Below, piece by piece: positions 61,140 through 64,000 of a DNA stretch of 64,000 bases. The position numbers and the translations under genes were made by a program. The notes beneath the pieces are model-generated. The model was not told the DNA's origin. It did not search any database and was given only the letters and a program-made list of their open reading frames with translations. Every line of letters starts with the position of its first letter. The stretch's first letter is position 1. Origin of the DNA: an uncultured Desulfobacter sp. (GTDB taxonomy: Bacteria; Desulfobacterota; Desulfobacteria; Desulfobacterales; Desulfobacteraceae); contig OY762069.1 in NCBI GenBank assembly GCA_963665095.1, forward strand, positions 736,001 to 800,000. The letters are read 5' to 3'.

Positions 61140-61147
61140 ACTGTTGT

Positions 61148-63664
61148 TTATCCAACCAGAACAAAAATCATAGTGAAAATCAAATAGGCTGCGGCTGTAA
61201 CAGCAATCCCTGAATCAGAGCCCATGGTGATAAAAAGCCAGCCAAAAAGGATGGGGCCTGTGACCTGTCCTAGACGAAGAACCGCGTTTAATACACCGAT
61301 GGCCTTGCCACCGCCCAGCTGCTTGGTGATATCGAAATCCAGCACATAGGCACTTCTGACAGGGATCAGGCAGGCAGACAGGCCTAATAGAAAAATGGAG
61401 ATTGTTACGGAAAGGACACCGGACATCTCTTTGAAAAAATAGAAATTGGCAATGCTCAGACTGCCGATGAAACTGCCGATGATCAGATAGCGCTTTTTAT
61501 CTTCAGTGCGGCCGATTAATTTGGACAGGAACGGAGCCAGATACATCAGACATATGCCGTAAATCATAAAAATCCGTCCGATATTGGACTGGGATGTCCC
61601 GATGCTTTTTAAGTAAATGGGACTGTAGTAGTTCATGAAACCAACCAGCACAATGTACCAGGGAAGTCCGTAAAAGACGATTAGGGTAAAAACTTTTCGG
61701 CTGAATAAAAATTTAAAAACAGAGGCCTTGGGAAGGGCATCTGTCTGACCTGCCTGTGCCGCCTGGTCGATTTTTTTATCAGATTCGGGCCGGGTCATGG
61801 CATCTTTCATCATGAGCAGGCTATACACAATGAGCAGCAACAGAATGCTCCCGCCTACCAGAAAAACCGGGGCATAGCCGATTCTGTCCGCCAGCATGGC
61901 ACCGGCAGCCCCGCCGCAGATGCTTCCTGCATATACCCCTGCCCACAACTGGGCCATTCCCTGGGCGCTGTTATTTGTTGTGGTATGGGCGATGACAAAA
62001 CCCTGGGCAGCCATCAGGGACAGACCGTAACCCATACCCACAAGCCCCAAGGCGAACAGGAAATAGATGGAAGAAGGGGCCAGCCAGGCAAAAAGGAATC
62101 CGGCTCCTGCTAAAGACAGTCCGATCAGAAAGGGTTCAGCCCAGCCACGTTTGTCACACCATGCCCCCGAGATCAAAAGAGATATGGAGGTAAACAGCAT
62201 CTGCATGGAGATGGGCAGGCCCATGATAATATTTTTGGATAGACCGAAAATGGGCTGGGCAGGATTGTATAAAGTTTCCATGTGCAGCGGCAGGAAAGAG
62301 ATGCAGATATCCACCCCAAAGAAGAACATAAATGCCACAGGCCGAATGGTGGCATAATGGATTCTTGCTTTTTTTATCTGGGGAGCTGCAGTGAGCTGGC
62401 GCTGAACCAGCTGAAGCTCAAGAATCAGGAGTTCCACAAAAAAGAAAATGGAGATCGCCAGAACCGTAAAAGAGTCCAGGGCAATTTCTTTGAGTTTGTT
62501 ATACAGGAACTCTTTTGAAATGTGGATGGTCAGGACGCCTTCCCTGATGCCGCTCTTAAATTTTCTGGTATTGATAAGATTCTGGTCGATGAAGTAGCCT
62601 GGATTCCGCTTAAGCGGTTGAATCTGATTTTCCTGTTTTTTGTTTTTTTCCGGGCTGGTCAGGTTTTCCATTCCATGTTGCGTGGCAATGTAAAGAGGCT
62701 TTTCATGATTGTCGGAGATGGTGATGCCTTCAAGTTCCGGAGATACGGCAATGACATCGGCCAGGGTTTGGTCCATTTTTACCAGACGGCGAATGCTTAT
62801 CCCCTTGGTTAAAAGGTACTCAATATCCTGTTTAAGCAGCTTTGACATCACCGCACTTTTTTCAGAGGAGATTTCCAGGTAATGGGTTCTGAATTCGATC
62901 AGGTTAAACAGACTGAAAATAATCTGGGACAGGGTGATGACACAAAACAGGGTTATGGACACCTTAAACCTGATTCGCTTAATTACTTTGTCTGACGTCT
63001 GATGGTCAAGGGTAACAGATTTGAGCAGCGCACCAATCTGCAGTATGCCGCAGATAATGATCAGGCCGATCAGTTTCAGGTTTTTTACCATGACATCACG
63101 CAAAAGGGCTTTCACTTGTGTCTGACTGAAAGCAACCGTGACCGTTGCCACCCATTTTTTTGTAAACCCGCCTTTGACAGGTAACGACAGATAATAAATC
63201 TCTTTATGTTTAACGGAATAGGTAGTGGACGCTTCGGTTTTGTCTTTGACGCCGGACAGGCGGACAGGCTCAGGAAGCTGTGTGCCAACAAGATCAGAGG
63301 CACTGCTGTACACAATAAAGCCATCGGGCCGGGTAATGGATATGACAATGTCCGACTCACTGCCTGACCGATTAGGGACTGGCTTGCCGGTGATGTCCCC
63401 GGGGTTTAAGTGCTGCCTGGCTTCCTGGATCAGCTTGTCCATGCCAATGAATTTATCAAGACTTTTTCCGAATCGTAGCGCAGTCTCCAGATTTCTTTGA
63501 AGATCTTTGGCCACAACGTTGTTTTTGGAAATAAAGGTCTCCACATACAGTTTTTCAAGGGTGGCTGAGGTTAAAAGGGCGTTAAATCCCAAAGCCAGCA
63601 GCAGCATGATAAGGGCACCGGAAAACAGGTGAATTCTTGATCTGGTTTTTTTTAGTTGGCTCAT
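61148..63664 (-). CDS. MFS transporter fused to N-terminal TM-anchored extracytoplasmic domains
   Basis: C-terminal ~400 aa with 12-TM MFS pattern (GAWCDKRGW, GAMLADRIGY); N-terminal ~420 aa with two TM-loop-TM units. Confidence 0.85.
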   Translation of the reverse strand: MSQLKKTRSRIHLFSGALIMLLLALGFNALLTSATLEKLYVETFISKNNVVAKDLQRNLETALRFGKSLDKFIGMDKLIQEARQHLNPGDITGKPVPNRSGSESDIVISITRPDGFIVYSSASDLVGTQLPEPVRLSGVKDKTEASTTYSVKHKEIYYLSLPVKGGFTKKWVATVTVAFSQTQVKALLRDVMVKNLKLIGLIIICGILQIGALLKSVTLDHQTSDKVIKRIRFKVSITLFCVITLSQIIFSLFNLIEFRTHYLEISSEKSAVMSKLLKQDIEYLLTKGISIRRLVKMDQTLADVIAVSPELEGITISDNHEKPLYIATQHGMENLTSPEKNKKQENQIQPLKRNPGYFIDQNLINTRKFKSGIREGVLTIHISKEFLYNKLKEIALDSFTVLAISIFFFVELLILELQLVQRQLTAAPQIKKARIHYATIRPVAFMFFFGVDICISFLPLHMETLYNPAQPIFGLSKNIIMGLPISMQMLFTSISLLISGAWCDKRGWAEPFLIGLSLAGAGFLFAWLAPSSIYFLFALGLVGMGYGLSLMAAQGFVIAHTTTNNSAQGMAQLWAGVYAGSICGGAAGAMLADRIGYAPVFLVGGSILLLLIVYSLLMMKDAMTRPESDKKIDQAAQAGQTDALPKASVFKFLFSRKVFTLIVFYGLPWYIVLVGFMNYYSPIYLKSIGTSQSNIGRIFMIYGICLMYLAPFLSKLIGRTEDKKRYLIIGSFIGSLSIANFYFFKEMSGVLSVTISIFLLGLSACLIPVRSAYVLDFDITKQLGGGKAIGVLNAVLRLGQVTGPILFGWLFITMGSDSGIAVTAAAYLIFTMIFVLVG

Positions 63665-64000
63665 GAAGTCTGGGTCCTGTTGGTTTGTTCCTGGTAACGG
63701 ATCCGGGTAAAAGGAGATATAAAACTTTGGAAAAATGCCTGGTAATTCATGTTGAAATCAATAAAATCGCCGATTTTAAAGTCATTATCGCAATTTGTGA
63801 TGTCCACCAGGGTATAGTTTGAGTTGACAGAGACAATTTCCATGCCGGAGATTGTCGGGGTAAGTCCCAGGGGATAGGTATCGCAGATGCCAAAATTGAG
63901 AATGGCCCGCTTACGCAAACCCTGATGCGTAAAATCGGGCCGGATGCCCAGGGCATCATTCCCGCAGACCCTGGGCGGGGTTACATGCTTTTCCCGTATT
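63661..64000 (-). CDS. Alanine/ornithine racemase family PLP enzyme, C-terminal part (5' end outside window)
   Basis: Frame open to window edge: IREKHVTPPRVCGNDALGIRPDFTHQGLRKRAILNFGICD...FKIGDFIDFNMNY...SPF, like the Orr-type racemase C-terminus; ATGA overlap with MFS start. Confidence 0.7.
   Translation of the reverse strand, partial: IREKHVTPPRVCGNDALGIRPDFTHQGLRKRAILNFGICDTYPLGLTPTISGMEIVSVNSNYTLVDITNCDNDFKIGDFIDFNMNYQAFFQSFISPFTRIRYQEQTNRTQTS

Overview
Chromosomal window from a sulfate-reducing deltaproteobacterium (Desulfobacteraceae-like, inferred from gene content and protein style). 0-15.4 kb is a patchwork accessory region: cNMP-binding + FrhB-like pair, Fe-alcohol dehydrogenase, Tat DUF362 + polyferredoxin, ArgP/ArgO, dsdA, acyl-CoA ligase + sigma54 activator. 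It holds several decayed gene fragments missing from the ORF track (DUF169, MBL hydrolase, tyrosine integrase, MCP, TusA-like). 15.5-21.9 kb is a minus-strand operon: maturation protease, double-module HdrA, MvhD, MvhG, MvhA. Three of its genes are broken in the ORF track by in-frame UGA codons at conserved Cys positions, each followed by a SECIS-like hairpin, i.e. a triple-selenoprotein HdrA-Mvh [NiFeSe] hydrogenase with no hdrBC. 22-58 kb is mostly core genes (tRNA-Pro, tRNA-Gly, gspF, IHF, purB, HD-GYP regulator, clpS-clpA-aat, secA, argC, aapJQMP, khpA) with two palindromic MITE-like elements. The last 6 kb holds an uncharacterised module: an ornithine/alanine-racemase-like gene, an MFS transporter fused to two repeated extracytoplasmic domains, a 523-aa unknown protein and a convergent orphan substrate-binding protein. 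No CRISPR array or rRNA was seen. Family assignments come from motif recognition, not database searches.
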